DNA of 64,000 bases from Chrysomallon squamiferum (taxonomy: Eukaryota; Animalia; Mollusca), in assembly GCA_012295275.1 (NCBI GenBank), contig CM022668.1:8060001-8124000 (forward strand). Direction: 5' to 3'. The notes below the pieces were generated by a model. The model was given only the letters and a program-made list of their open reading frames with translations. It had not been told where the DNA came from and searched no databases. Position 1 is the first letter of the stretch; every line of letters starts with the position of its first letter. Made by a program: the position numbers and the translations under genes. Below, piece after piece: positions 13,749 to 27,599 of this stretch.

Positions 13749-14928
13749 TTGCATATATTTGTGTATTGTGTTTGGATTTATTTAAGTGTGTGTGTGTCTT
13801 CTTCTGTTTCAGAAACTAATAGAATAACAAAAATATATCATTTCAGTTAATAAATATTTTAACACAGATTCCATTTTTTATTAATAGTAATTAATAATTA
13901 ATATAAAACATTTTGTTAACAAGGGTTGTAAATATTTGTTAACAGATTATGAAAGCTGAAAATCCTGTGGTTCCAGACACTTTTATTTTGATGGGGAAAT
14001 CTGAAACAGTCGAACTTCAGAACTCAGAGTATGAACAACTTTTATTTAAAGTAGCAATTTTCTTCTTTTTTTTTCCTTTTTTTTTGTTGAATTTTATCTA
14101 AAAATATCTGTACTTCCAAGTTACTTTTATATTGTTTTTTGTGTTTTATCCTTGCTCATAACAAAGTATAACATCAAAATAATTCTGCTATTTAAACTTT
14201 TTAATCTATTTTATCCTTTTGCAACTGGAGTCATGATATCACAATGTAACTGGAAGACAGAAAGCTGTGTTTTTAGACAACACTAAAAGAAATTGTTTGC
14301 TGTGTTGACGATGATATCACTTCAGAAAAATGGTGTTATCAAATATTTTGAAACTGTAGTCTTCTGTTGTTATGCTTCATTAGTTAATTAAAATGGATGA
14401 CAAAAAAAAAAAAAAAAAAAAAATTAACTTGGAAGTATGCAAAATGTACTTAGACCATTTCTTTGTATCATCAAAGGTATATGTTAATCTTTTCTTATTT
14501 TCTAATAATATCATTATTTTTTTTTTCTTCATTTTCAGAATTTAGCATTCATTCATTTTAGTTTTTTTTTTATCTTGAGGGGAGTCTAGTATTCTTTTTT
14601 TTTTCTTTGTTTTTTCTCTTTTTTATTTGTTTTGGAGTCTAATTTTTTTTTCATTGTTTTGGGAGTGCACTATTCTTTATTTCTTTGTTTGTTATGAGGA
14701 TTCTAGTCATTTTGTTTCTCTGATATATTTTCTGTTATTTTCTGTTTTTAATTTCCTTTGTTTTAATAATAATTTTTAATAACTGATTAAAACAAAGAAT
14801 TAATAGGTTGATAAGAATAATAAATCTTTGTAGTTTTGTTTTTATTCCACATTTGTTTTTGTTTTTTTTCTTTTCTTCATATTTGTCATTACTATTTACC
14901 TAATTTTTTATTTCATTTATATCTTTCA

Positions 14929-14965
<37 letters not shown>

Positions 14966-15293
14966 CAGTGAAGTGAACATAGATTGGTTTGAGGTAAAAT
15001 ATTCCTTTTATTTTCTAATTTTCTAATTTTCTTTGTTTTCTATATCAAATTTGCTATTTTATTATATTTAAATATTTACATATATGCAAATGTATTACAA
15101 GGGTTATTTGTGCATTAAGTATATGTGTGTGTATGAATGTATGTTTGTTTGCATGTGTCTGTCCATGTGTGTGTGTGTTTCCATGTTTCTGTGCAGATCT
15201 GTTTAATTTAACTTTGACTTTATATGCCTGGTCAATGCCATCAATAAAACAATTATTTTGAAGTGTGTTAGACATTTAATAGCTGTCAATATA

Positions 15294-15351
<58 letters not shown>

Positions 15352-15726
15352 TACATCTGTCCCTTTGTTGTTATGGTAACAGTTTAATGCTTTATATATC
15401 CGTACATATAACAATTAAAAAGTTTAAAAAATTTCCAGTTTTGTTACTCCTGAAAGTGCCTGTTTACTGCAAAATGAAAACTTTAATCACAGAATTCTAC
15501 ATCATTTTGTTATTTCTTATTCAGGAGATTAGTAATATTCTGAAAAATATTGGACAGAAGCGGTCATCTTTCATTGTGGACAGTGAATGTCCAGCATCTC
15601 CAGACAGCTTGGATGACAAGTCACTGTCCACTTCATTGCAGGTTAGTTTTTCATTTTTATACATTTTGTCTTTTTATGATTGTCTTTGTTTTATTTATAG
15701 TCCTTCATTTACATTTCTGAATAATT

Positions 15727-15798
<72 letters not shown>

Positions 15799-17429
15799 AC
15801 TATTTGAATCACAATAGTCAGTTTATACTTTTGTGCTAGGATTTCATTAAACAAATACATAAATCGGTGTATGTGTATGTGTGTGTATGTATATCATGAA
15901 TATAAACATGTAAATATTTATTTTCTGCCATTTTTATGGGGATTTTATAAGTCTATCAATAATATTTATCATAGAGAAACTAATATCAGATATATACAGT
16001 ATATATAAATATCAGTTTATTTATTATGTTATTACAATATATCTCAGTTTTAAATTTCTATTCACACATTATGTATAGTGTTAATGTATAGTTCCATTCC
16101 TTGCATCTAGATCAACAGAGATGAAATAGGAAAAAGAGCACCAAGGTTAAAACCGTTCCAAACAGCAAACAAGTGCATGAGATGTCGAACAAAGTTCAAC
16201 AACACAAAGAAATACAACTGTAAAGCATGTGGATTTGTGAGTATTTAAATATTGTACACACACACACAGACAAACTGACACTGTTAATATTCAAGCATAG
16301 AGGTATTAATTGTATACAAATACAGACATCTGAGTAAGAATATATATATATGCAAACATATGTACACAAATACAAACACACACACACACACACACACACG
16401 TGACACTATATTTATATAAAATGTCAATTATATCTGAACTTAATCTTGTTCATCTGTTTGCCATGTTTTAGAATTGACAGAAAAAAAAAAAAAAAAAATA
16501 TATAAAATTCAAAAACAAAAATAAAACAAAATTCATATTTTTATTTTAATATATATTTTTTAAATATTTATTATTATTGTTGTTGTTGTTGTTTTTGTTC
16601 TTGGTGGTGTTGTCATCATTATCATTATCATTATTGTTATCATTATTTATATTATAGTCATCATCACCATGATTATTATTATTACTACTATTACTATTAT
16701 TATTACTATTATTATTATTATTACTACTATTATTACTATTATTATTATTACATTATTATTATTACTATACTATTATTACCGTATATACTTGTGTACAAGG
16801 CGACCTTATGTATAAGTCAATGTGTATTTTAAGACCAAAAATTGCGTCATTTTAGGTATTACTTGTGTATAAGTCGACTGTAGATTCCAGGCACCGTCAC
16901 TATTTTTAGACCAGTGTGACAGTGCCATGAAGGCCTACATTGTACGCCTACTGTAACATAACTTGCACGAGCTGTAACTTGCACGAACATACCATAATAA
17001 CGTAAATGCATGTATTACACGAGCTATAGCCTAAATCATTGCAAGACACCGTAAGGCATAACGCCGTACTGACGGTTTTCTCGCTTTAAAAGAATATCAT
17101 GTTTTACATTCATATTTGGTTTTGTTATTTAATTTTTCAAAATTTTTTATACGATAAAATTATATTTTTGAAAAGCTGAAAGACCGCAATTATTTTAGAT
17201 GCATCCTGTAGCCAAAAATAGTCAAAATGGCAACTCTTCAGCAACAGCTACAAAAGCATTACCTATGTATAAGTCGACCCCCAAAATATTACCTTAATAT
17301 AGTCTCCCGAAAATTCGACTTATACACAAGTATATACGGTATTATTGTTACTATTATTATTATGATTATTATTATTACTATTACTACTATTATTACTATT
17401 ATTATTGTTACTATTACTATTATTATTAC

Positions 17430-17483
<54 letters not shown>

Positions 17484-17637
17484 TGTTGTTATACAGGTGA
17501 TATGTGGTAAGTGTTCTAGACAGGTGAAACTGGAGTACAGGAACATGAAGACAGGGAGAGTGTGTTACGAGTGTTATCTGCTGCTTCACACTGATTCTGA
17601 TTCACAAAACTCGGACAACAATGAGGAAGACATGTGA
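5034..17637 (+). CDS. FGD/frabin-like RhoGEF: acidic N-terminus, DH1 (degenerate), DH2, PH, degenerate FYVE; ~946 aa if one base is restored at the A-run 5596-5601
   Basis: Phase-consistent GT-AG exons: 5034-5815 (frame change near 5600), 6160-6273, 6649-6797, 7127-7283, 7780-7867, 8128-8178, 8412-8470, 8804-8920, 10020-10127, 10571-10704, 10820-10976, 11346-11433, 11968-12018, 12501-12559, 12867-13016, 13378-13461, 13946-14028, 14969-14993, 15525-15641, 16111-16236, 17497-17637. DH motifs ELLATERSYV, IGDVMKTSAPFLKIYAEY, HLLEPVQRVPRYELLLK. PH motif RELLKEG...RILFLFSD. FYVE cysteines CMRC, CKAC, CGKC, RVCYEC. Likely 5'UTR exons at 4756-4770 and 4843-4886. Confidence 0.9.
16779..17339. mobile_element. 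Non-autonomous Tc1/mariner-superfamily (Tc2/pogo-like) MITE, 561 bp, in the last FGD-like intron
   Basis: Left end CCGTATATACTTGTGTACAAGGCGA matches the reverse complement of the right end (CCGTATATACTTGTGTATAAGTCGA). TA flanks both sides (16777-78, 17340-41). Inserted in an (ATT)n tract; sub-terminal TGTATAAGTC repeats; no transposase ORF. Confidence 0.9.
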
Positions 17638-19726
17638 CCAGCAAAGGGAGATAAATCTAAACATTAAAGCAGAAGAAATTCATCAGTTAAAATGTCTGTT
17701 GTGAGATAACCAACATTAAATAAAAATTTGTTAGTTAATATTTCTAATGAAGTGAAAGGATGTGATGAAACAACCCCCTCCCAACAAACAAACAAAATAT
17801 AATAATTAAAAATAACACAGTTCTGTGGAAATTTTAATCTACTATAACGTGATCTAACACATTATTTGGTATTTCCATATTTATTTGTTTTTACTTGTTT
17901 ATAAACACAACCTTTGATAACAATAAAGCAGAGAACAAAAAAGAACATTAAGAATTGTGTTAATTTATTTAAAATATGCTTAGCTGCATTCTTTGTGAAT
18001 TAAGAGAGGGTATTAAGAAATCGCTATGCTAACAAAATTATATTTTTGTGATTGTTTAGTTTTTTTGGCTTAAAGTTAATAATAAAGGTCATAAAACAAA
18101 ACAGAACATTAAAAATGACTTGTGAAAAAGAAGTTAAAGAATGTATTTTCTTTTCTTTTCATAATAATAATGATAAACCAGTAAACAACAAAGAAAAATA
18201 CAAATTCTTTATACTGACATAAAATGTACAGTTTGTATTTTTGTGATTTGTTTTTCAACACAAACCAATTTATTTTGTAACATTAAAAATGATTTATTAT
18301 AAAGCAATTAAAACATATATTCTGTTTTTATGTGTGTGTGTGTTCATTTTGTAATACCTCCATTTTAAAAAAAAAAAAAATTATTTCTTCTTTTTTAAAT
18401 TTATATATATATATATTTTTGAAAATAAAGTGTTCCCACTGATTGTTTGGATGTATAATAAAAATAGATTTTATAGACTTCAAAGTTTTTGTGTTATGTA
18501 ATTTGTATCTGTGAAGAATATACAGCAGAAACTTCCAAGAATTTCTTTTTTTTTCTTGTTCAAGTACAATTGACATAGTATTGATAAAATACATTTTGAA
18601 ATATCTTTGATGTATGACTAATAAAATGTGTGTATTTTTTCAACACCAAAATTTGCTACTAATGTTTGACTGAAAAAAAAAAGAATAACAATTTATTATT
18701 ATTATAAATAAATAAATCAGGAGAGTTGTATATATAAATAATTTGCTGATAATATATGACCTCTTAAAATAGTTTCTTCTAGTCAAACTGATCAACAAAC
18801 AATGACAACATTTATATTTATAATTTATTTTCTTTTTCTTTTTTGTATTATTAACATATTTCAAACATCACTGCTCAGTGAAAAACAAATGTATTTTGTA
18901 ATTAAATTAATAAAAAGCAAAGGGAATAGACCAGAGAGCATACCATAAATACAGTTTTGTTTTATAGTGTAGAACAATAAGAAAATATTAGAATATACAG
19001 TAAACTTTTAATTCTTTATTTTAGTTAAAGTATTAGATAATTGTGTTTATACGTCTGTGCATGTCTGTCAAAATATCTTTGCAATAATTTTTTAGTCTGG
19101 AGTTTCTAAAAGTTCTGGTTATATGCCCCTTGCAAGACCAGAATATCGAAAGTAATGAGGGATCGGCATGTCGTTATAACGGGATATAAATATACAAATG
19201 TACAAATAATAACTAATAATAATTACATTTATAACAACAATCACAACGTAAATAATACCTAAGCATAAATTGTTTTTACTTATCAAAAATGCCATTATTA
19301 CTTCTGTATTATCATTGTTAATAAACAAATTTAAAAAAAATTGTAAATAAACAATAGAAGAATTCAAAAAATTTAATTATATACGAAATTAAAGTTGAAC
19401 CTATTATAACAAATATCTACCCAGATTTAAATACGTATATGTTACATGTTTTATAAATATGTGTGTAAAAAAAACGACTACACACATTTGACAAATCACA
19501 AAACTATCTGTACTATTTTGTTTTGCGGAAGAATAAGTTAGTCATAAGACTTTCACGTGATGTTTCATACGACGTCATAATTGCGTTTACTTAGCGGCGT
19601 GTCGCCAGGACGGGGAAGTCTTCAAACAACGCATACTGAAAAGCTAGAGTACGATCAGAATCAACATCGTTTTGAAATTCACGTTTAACTCAAAACAGGC
19701 TGGGAATCGCTGGATTACACAAGATG

Positions 19727-20419
19727 TTAAAAAGGATTACTAGCTGTTAACAAGAACGATATATCCTCAAAGCAATGGATATTAATGTAAATATATAAAT
19801 ATCGTTTTGATTTAATTTTAATATTTCACATTTTATTAATCTGCTTAGCATAATAGTTGCCTATTTAATATATATTATTCTCTCTCTTTTGTTTTCTTCT
19901 TTTTTTTTCTTTCCTTTTTCTAATATCTATACCCGCAATACTGTATCTTCAGTAATAATAATAATAATATAAACTGATGTTCAATTCAATGTTAATAAAA
20001 AAACAATATATATATATATATATTATTTTTTTAAAGAATAAAAGCTTTGAATTAGGACAAGACATTTTACCTTACTTTCAAAAAATTTCATTTTGATTTA
20101 ATATACGTTAGTGTTACCTGTATCGTTTTTGAGTTTAGCTGAAAATACTAAATGAAACTGTTAATGAAACATTTTTTGCACTCTTCGTTATAATAGATCA
20201 TCATACAATTGTAAGAATTAATAAATTCTTCATGAAAAGACGTCATTCAAAAGTCGGCTAGTTGCCTTCTATCTCCATTCTTTTTCGCGCTGAAAAGATA
20301 AAAATATAATCATTAAAAGCGAGTTACATTTTTTTCATATCGTTATCTCTTTGTCTCTCTGTTTTTGTCTCTGTCTCTCTATCAATTACTGTCTGTTTCC
20401 CTCTGTTTATCACTAGCTT

Positions 20420-20502
<83 letters not shown>

Positions 20503-22881
20503 CTCTCAGTCTAAAAAACATAAATATATTTTTGAATATGAAAACAATCTTACCACGATCGGACACGCCCCCATTACCAATTAGCTTATTTTCATTTTTA
20601 CGCTCAGCCACAGTCTTCTTTTGACTCAGATTTCCTTTCGCTGAACCTGGAGACGACAGTTTTACATATTAATTATCGTTGTATGGTTCTACTATAGAGG
20701 CTAATTTTGAAGCTTCTGATTCCTTTGTTTTTGTTTTTCGATTCCTTTATAAATTTTTCTTTTTAATTTCTTCTTAATATGTTTAAAAATTAAAAATAAT
20801 AATAAATAAAATTTAAGAAGTTGTCTGCATTACTTCTACAAATTTGTTTCAAACTAATCAATACCATCAAAATCACAGTCTGGTATTTTTGAAGCTAGAC
20901 TTGCACTTCGTTTGTCAGCAATCAGATTTTGCTTTTTACCTATTGTCTCTTCGGTAAGAGTCGTCTTCTCTTCGGAAATGCTCGACTTCAGTTCTTCTGA
21001 AGTCGGATTCTGTTCGCTAAGAGTTTTCTTCTCTTCGGTAAGACTCGACGTTTCTTCTAAAATAGTCGACGTCTGCTCAGCAAGAGTCGTTTTCTCGTCG
21101 TTACTTTCCGCCCCCGAGTTCTCGATGGACAGACTCTTACTGATGGAAGACAGTCTCGCGATATCTTCAGTCGTCAGTCGTCTCATAGAAAGACTTCGGC
21201 GAACGTTAGATCGGCGTCTTTTCATGAATCGTGGCTTTCCGACAGTGTCGTAGGTATCAGTTTCCGTCTCATTGCCAAGGTCGTCTGAAAATAAAGAATG
21301 ACCAACAAATAATATTAATTATTATTATTAATGTTGTTGTTGTTGTTGTTGTTGTTTTTATTACATTTGAATAATAACCAGAATTAGATGTCAAGTTGTA
21401 CACGATATCATAACATATATATTTATCTCTCTCTTATATATATATATATAGTTATAATAACTGTGTTTCTTTAACTGTGTATCTATCTATACCTCTGTGT
21501 AGACATGCGAACACATACACACACATATGAAAAAGACGAGTTGCAGCCCCACTGCACTGTTTATCGTTCTCGTTTATAAGCGAGAGTTCTTTTATTTTCA
21601 TCGTCTCAAAGACAAGACTGCACATACCACAGCCTTTGACAGTTAGTGGCAGACAGGTCATTATAAAGATATGCATTAATAACGCACTAGTACTATTATT
21701 ATAACTATTACAACTAGTACTATAGTTATTATTATTGCGATATTACAACAACAATCAATACAACGATGATTTCTACCGTAATGAATATCAAAGATGGAGA
21801 AAATTAATTACAAGGCATCTAGAACTACTAACACATAAGTACCTTTTTCAACGCCGCTCTTTCGACGCAGTTTCAGCGAAGCAAGTGCACTCGCCAGATT
21901 ATCATCATCTGTGGTATGGTGGACAAAGTGAGACTGATCGTCATCAACAGTGTTGTTGCCGGACGTATGCGGTGACGTCGCACTACGCGTCACAAATGTA
22001 TTACGGTGATGCGACAGTCGACGCTTCCTTTCGATGGTCACTTCACTTCCGTCTTTATTGGAACCTATGCTTTCTTCATCTATGACGTCATCATATGACG
22101 GGCGTCCTAGTGATAAAATATTTATAAATAAAACTGTCCTGGATTGGATGAAATTAATAGGAAAACTAAACAACGTTCATAACAGCATGAATATCTCTTT
22201 AATATAATCCCATTTCGTTTTTAATGTTTTTATAAAAAATAATTTATAATATTTATTATTATTGTTGTTGTTGTTGTGGTTGTTGCTGCTGTTGTTATTA
22301 TTATTCTTATTATTTAATAAATTATGTCAATCAACTAGTTACCTAGGAATTCCCCAAGAATTTAATTTTTAAAATGAATATATAAATATATTTTTTGACA
22401 TACATCATGTTGTCTAATTTTTGTTGTTGCTATTATTATCTTTACCTAAAATTTAATAACACAATTCTTACTTTTAGCGTTTCTCATTCCTAGAGGAATC
22501 CAAATGGGTGTGGGTCGCCTCTCCCTCTTGAATCCGGGAGGGACAGCGAAAGAGCCGGGTACATACGTGTAGAGGCTCTCTCCCTCAGTAGCGTGGAAGA
22601 AACGGAAAGATGGCGCATTCGTCACGTGACTAGATTTATCCTGAATGTCAGACTGACAGTATTCATCCGTCTGACTGACTTCTCCTTTCATTACATCTGA
22701 ATTAAAGACATAGTAATGATAATAATAATGAGAAGAAGAAGAGGCGATGAAGATGAAAGAAGAATGATGATGACGGTAATATTAGTAGTAGTAATAATAA
22801 TAATAATATGAAGAAGAAGAAAAAGAAGTAGATGATGATAGTAATAATAATAATAATAATACGTTTTCATCATTATCTTCG

Positions 22882-22928
<47 letters not shown>

Positions 22929-23423
22929 TGTACAAGTACTGTTCATAAAATTATAACATATGAAAAGATTTAAAACAAAGAAAATAATAAAGACAGATAA
23001 ACTATTTAATTTATTTAATTAATACGAAACGAACCAATGTGACTCCAGCTGCTATCAGACATTATGATGCTACTCCATGATGGAAATTTCTTGCTGGTTT
23101 GTAACGCTGAATCTGATTCGTCCATCCGCAGCCAATGGCCGTAAATACTAGAACTGCAGCTCCCTTTGCGTTTGTTCTTGTGCGGTGTGTAAGATGAGAA
23201 ATCCGTCATGTCGTCTGTCACGGTTCTATTTTTTGACCGGTTTCGCTTTGACCTACTTAGTCTGCTCGCACTAATGAACAGAGAAATATGAATTAATAAT
23301 ACATTACTACTGTAACAGTTACACAACTAGTACTATAGCTATTACAATTACAGCTATTATTAGTGCGAAATTACGACACCGATTTCTACAGTTACTGGTA
23401 ATGTTTCTACTTTACTACTGCTA

Positions 23424-23479
<56 letters not shown>

Positions 23480-23505
23480 CATGATCCATTGCTCGTTATC
23501 AAAAT

Positions 23506-23563
<58 letters not shown>

Positions 23564-24142
23564 TTAAAAAAATACTTTGTGCTAGGATTTCATTAAAAAT
23601 ACTTTGTATAAAAAATTTCCTAACCTTCTTAACAAAAGAATTCTTCTTGTTCCTGTTTCCTCATCGTCTGTGTCTTCTTCAGAATCTCGTATATGCATGC
23701 TTGAATTCATTCGCTGTCTTAGCGTGGATATTCTGCAGTCTGTCAAAATTAATACCATAAATAGTAGCTTTTAATCGTAATAATAGAAATTATTATGTAA
23801 TTTGGAATCTCTTATACTGAACGCAATATGTGGATCTCATTTAGAGTTTTCAAATTACAGAGACGATATTTTAGAAACGTATTTAAAGTATTTAAAGTAC
23901 GTTTGTATTTATGCATACAAAAATATAATACCACTGTAGGTGTAATAAAAATAATAATAATAGTTTACCTCTTTCAAGGAGCATCACCTTTCTAATTTTG
24001 GCTTCCTCTTTTAAATGCTCCTGAAATGACATAAATTTTTTCGTAGGGTGGTGGAACAAGTGATAGTTTTGTAAAGTGACAGGTAGAGTTATTGTAAATA
24101 CTCACTAACAGAGAGGCAGACAGACACAGAGGTAAACGTAGA

Positions 24143-24196
<54 letters not shown>

Positions 24197-24369
24197 TAGA
24201 TAGATAGATATAGACAGATATAGAGAGAGAGAAAGAGAGAGACAGACAGACAGTAAAGTTTTTAATAATTATCATCATTATTATTGTCAAATCATTATTG
24301 TGGTTGCTGCTATTTTGTTGGTATTAATATATCTTCTTCTTCTTATTATTATTATCATTATTATTATTA

Positions 24370-24431
<62 letters not shown>

Positions 24432-26208
24432 TACCTGCAAGACTTGAATAGCACCGGACACCACTTCAGAGTCTATAATTTTCGAATCTTGTCTGTCGTT
24501 AGCGATCATTGACGAGAACACAACCTGGTGAGAGAAAGAAAAATACATGTATGGTAGTAGCCAGGACACTTTCTTTATAACATCATCTACATACCCAGTA
24601 CATTTTTAGCAACAGCATCAACAACACATTCAATTCATTTTTAACCATGGACGCGCTAATGTTTTATTCGATTACGTAATACTAGACGTTTGCGTTTAGC
24701 AACAGCCACAAAAACTGCTAATAATTACATCATATCCGACATGACGGCAAGCTGTCAGATCTTAATTAATACAGCTCTTAGATATTAGTTATTCCTTTTT
24801 TGTGTGTCAGTATCACACACACACACACACACACTCATTCATAGATAGATCATATATACGTATATGCATGTATATTTAATAAATACGTAACTATACAAAT
24901 GTATACATAATGTACGTACATACATACAGACATACATACACAGACACACATAATATGAACGTACGTTAGGAAATTCAGTTGAAATCACAATTATAACACG
25001 GCAGTTATTAAATAGATATTCCGGAAATGAACGACAGCTAACGGATTAACTTTGTAACGAACGTCAAGTTCCATTCTTCGTCGGTATAAATAAAACATCA
25101 ACAATAACGTCACTTAGCATCTATAAATACACAACAGTGCTTTCGAAATGAGAGTAAATTCTTAAAAGGTAAACCGTTTGTATTGTTCAGTAAATACAGA
25201 ACTGAAGATGAAAAAGAACATTTGTTTCTTTGCTGCGTAGATTTTTAAGAAATGCTTTTGCAAATTATGCATTTCGATTTTTGTTCACTCGCATTAATGA
25301 TTAACGACAACAAAATAAATATTTACATGTCTGTATAAATACGTATTTAAACAATCGTAAACTGATAATTAATTTTTTTTTTTTTTTTTTTTTTTTATTA
25401 GTGTTGTCGTTGTAGTCATCATCATCATCATTATCATTATTATTATTACAAATATTCTAAAAACACAAAAATATATATAAAAGATAATTTTATTTTGCAT
25501 AATTATAAATAATTGACAATATAATTATTTAATTACCTCTTTGCCATCTATTATTCCAGTCACAGTAACTGTAGCCTTCTTTGGGCCTTCATCAGACAAT
25601 ATGGCGTATATTGTAGTTGACGGAAAAGCCATCACAGCCGGCAGTGCTGAAGGGCCTGAAATGAATTATCATCAAATTCATCATAATTATTATTATTATT
25701 ATTATTATTATTATTGTTGTTGTTGTTGTTGTTGTTGTTGTACACTTCTGATTGTTAATCAAAACTCGTCTTATTTTTTGTTGTTATTGTTTTGTTTTTT
25801 GTTTGGTTTGGTTTGTTTTGTTTTGAGTGTTTGTTTGTGTGTTTGTTTTTGTTTTTGATGCTTTGTCTTTTGTGTTGTTTTTTCTTTCCTTTTCTTTTCT
25901 TTAAGAAACACGTGCTGTAACTGTGAATGCTTACTTTGGCGAGTTATCTTCATGTTGCCCCAGTCTAAGGTAGGTTTTAGTAGCACCGTGACATTCTGAT
26001 GTTCGCTGGGAGTTTTTTTCAAGGTCAAGGCCGCAATGGCGACGTTTACCACATTGGTGTCGCTTTCTATCAGTTTGGGTAAAAGAACAACAGATGCATG
26101 CAGCTTGATTGTAGGGGATGTCGAATGACATGGTACAGTTATCTGAAAATAAAAATAAAACAACCTGAAGTTTTAAAGTGTATAACAATAAAAATCGGAT
26201 TATCTGAA

Positions 26209-26276
<68 letters not shown>

Positions 26277-26922
26277 GTTTGTTGCTACTGCTACCATTAT
26301 TACTATTACTAGATAGCGATGCTGCTGCTGATTATGTTACCACTGCCACCACCACTACTACTCCTACCGCTGCTATTGCTACAACTAATGCTACAACATG
26401 ACGGCAACAGCGCAAGGGAAAATCCATTGTATTATAACTACGGAATCTCGAACCTTCGGCAAGTTTATTAGACAAGAAAACCCTCGGAGAACTAAATAAC
26501 CTGAATTGTTTAAACTCGTGTCTGTGATCGAAACTGACCAATCGTCTGATTTCTAATATACACTGGTTTAATTATAATTTTACGTGCATTGGCCATGCAC
26601 GGAACTCGAAGAATCTGTTCCTAAAAGGTTTGACATTTATTACGTATTTGTATATAATGGAAATACGAAAAAAAAAAAAAAAAAAACCCCAACAACTCCG
26701 AATATTCCACGGGTTACTCAGCACACGGAATAACTGTCAGTCTACCTGGATGGAAAACGTAGGCGAAAGTTTTCGGATGAACACAGATTTTCTTCTTATG
26801 TCTGTCGGTTGTTTGACTGGAGACTTCGATTTTATTGCCACAACAGTTTGAGAATCTGAAAATATAACAGCATGTTTCTAATTACTTTCATTGCAATTGT
26901 CTTATTATCATTATTATTATTG

Positions 26923-26981
<59 letters not shown>

Positions 26982-27599
26982 TATAATGTATAATGGATGT
27001 ATGTATGAATATGTTTATGTATATTTTTTTTATATTGTGCGCGCGCGTGTCTGTATGTTGTGTATTGGATGTATACATGTCAGTTCACAGTAAAGTACGT
27101 GAATGATCATTACAGAATAACTAATGTTTTCGCATAAATTATATTTTTATAAAGATTAAGGCTATTATAACTTAAAATATAATTCCAATAGTTTAAATCC
27201 TATGAATGTTTGAACGTTTTAATTTAAATGTATTTGATTTCGCTAACTACGTAATAGTCTAGTTTGACGTTTGATGTCATGGACTGATTGTATTATTTTT
27301 AAATCCATGTAAAACAAAATCATTTTGTAGCTTTCTGCAGAGTTCTGGACTCCATTGATTGTAATCACAACAAGCGTCCTTGAACATTTTAACCGAGCAT
27401 TCATTTGTCGTTATTCTACATTACAAAAAACAGGCCTGGTTTAAATACGTACTCGTGGTCCTCTCTTCTGCGTTTTTTCCTTGATCAGAACTGGGTTAAA
27501 TTATTTGACTGCTGGTGAGACAGTTAATATTTCGAAACGAAAGAGTGTCAAATGAAAATACAACAAAGACTTACCAACGTGGCTGCATGCTGAACCCAT
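19727..27599 (-). CDS. Uncharacterised ~662-664 aa protein with an N-terminal MGSACS acylation motif, a folded N-terminal third and a long Ser/Arg/Glu-rich disordered tail; two alternative C-termini
   Basis: Phase-consistent exons in 5'->3' order: 27575-27599, 26746-26855, 25935-26142, 25537-25655, 24435-24524, 23969-24020, 23625-23739, 23035-23270, 22472-22696, 21843-22106, 20865-21284, 20554-20646, then either 20258-20289 (ARKRMEIEGN*) or 20118-20138 plus 19727-19743 (AKLKNDTASNPF*). All junctions are GT-AG and the frame stays open throughout. Confidence 0.8.

Noticed and set aside
17227-17496. N-terminal part of the 136-aa ORF with poly-Ile
   Set aside because: Read-through of MITE and (ATT)n intron sequence; the real exon starts at 17497.
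19540-19720. Orphan promoter or ncRNA in a CpG patch with TCACGTGA
   Set aside because: Better explained as 3'UTR of the minus-strand gene within the CpG-retaining domain; no RNA structure recognised.
20854-20864. ORF-track stop (FDGID*) as the end of the minus-strand gene
   Set aside because: A phase-1 donor at 20865/20864 joins a clean 93-nt exon (20554-20646), so the gene most likely continues.
20912-21253. Plus-strand 113-aa ORF (likewise 5331-5699 minus, 21735-22085 plus, 25541-25858 plus)
   Set aside because: Antisense shadows of real exons on the opposite strand.
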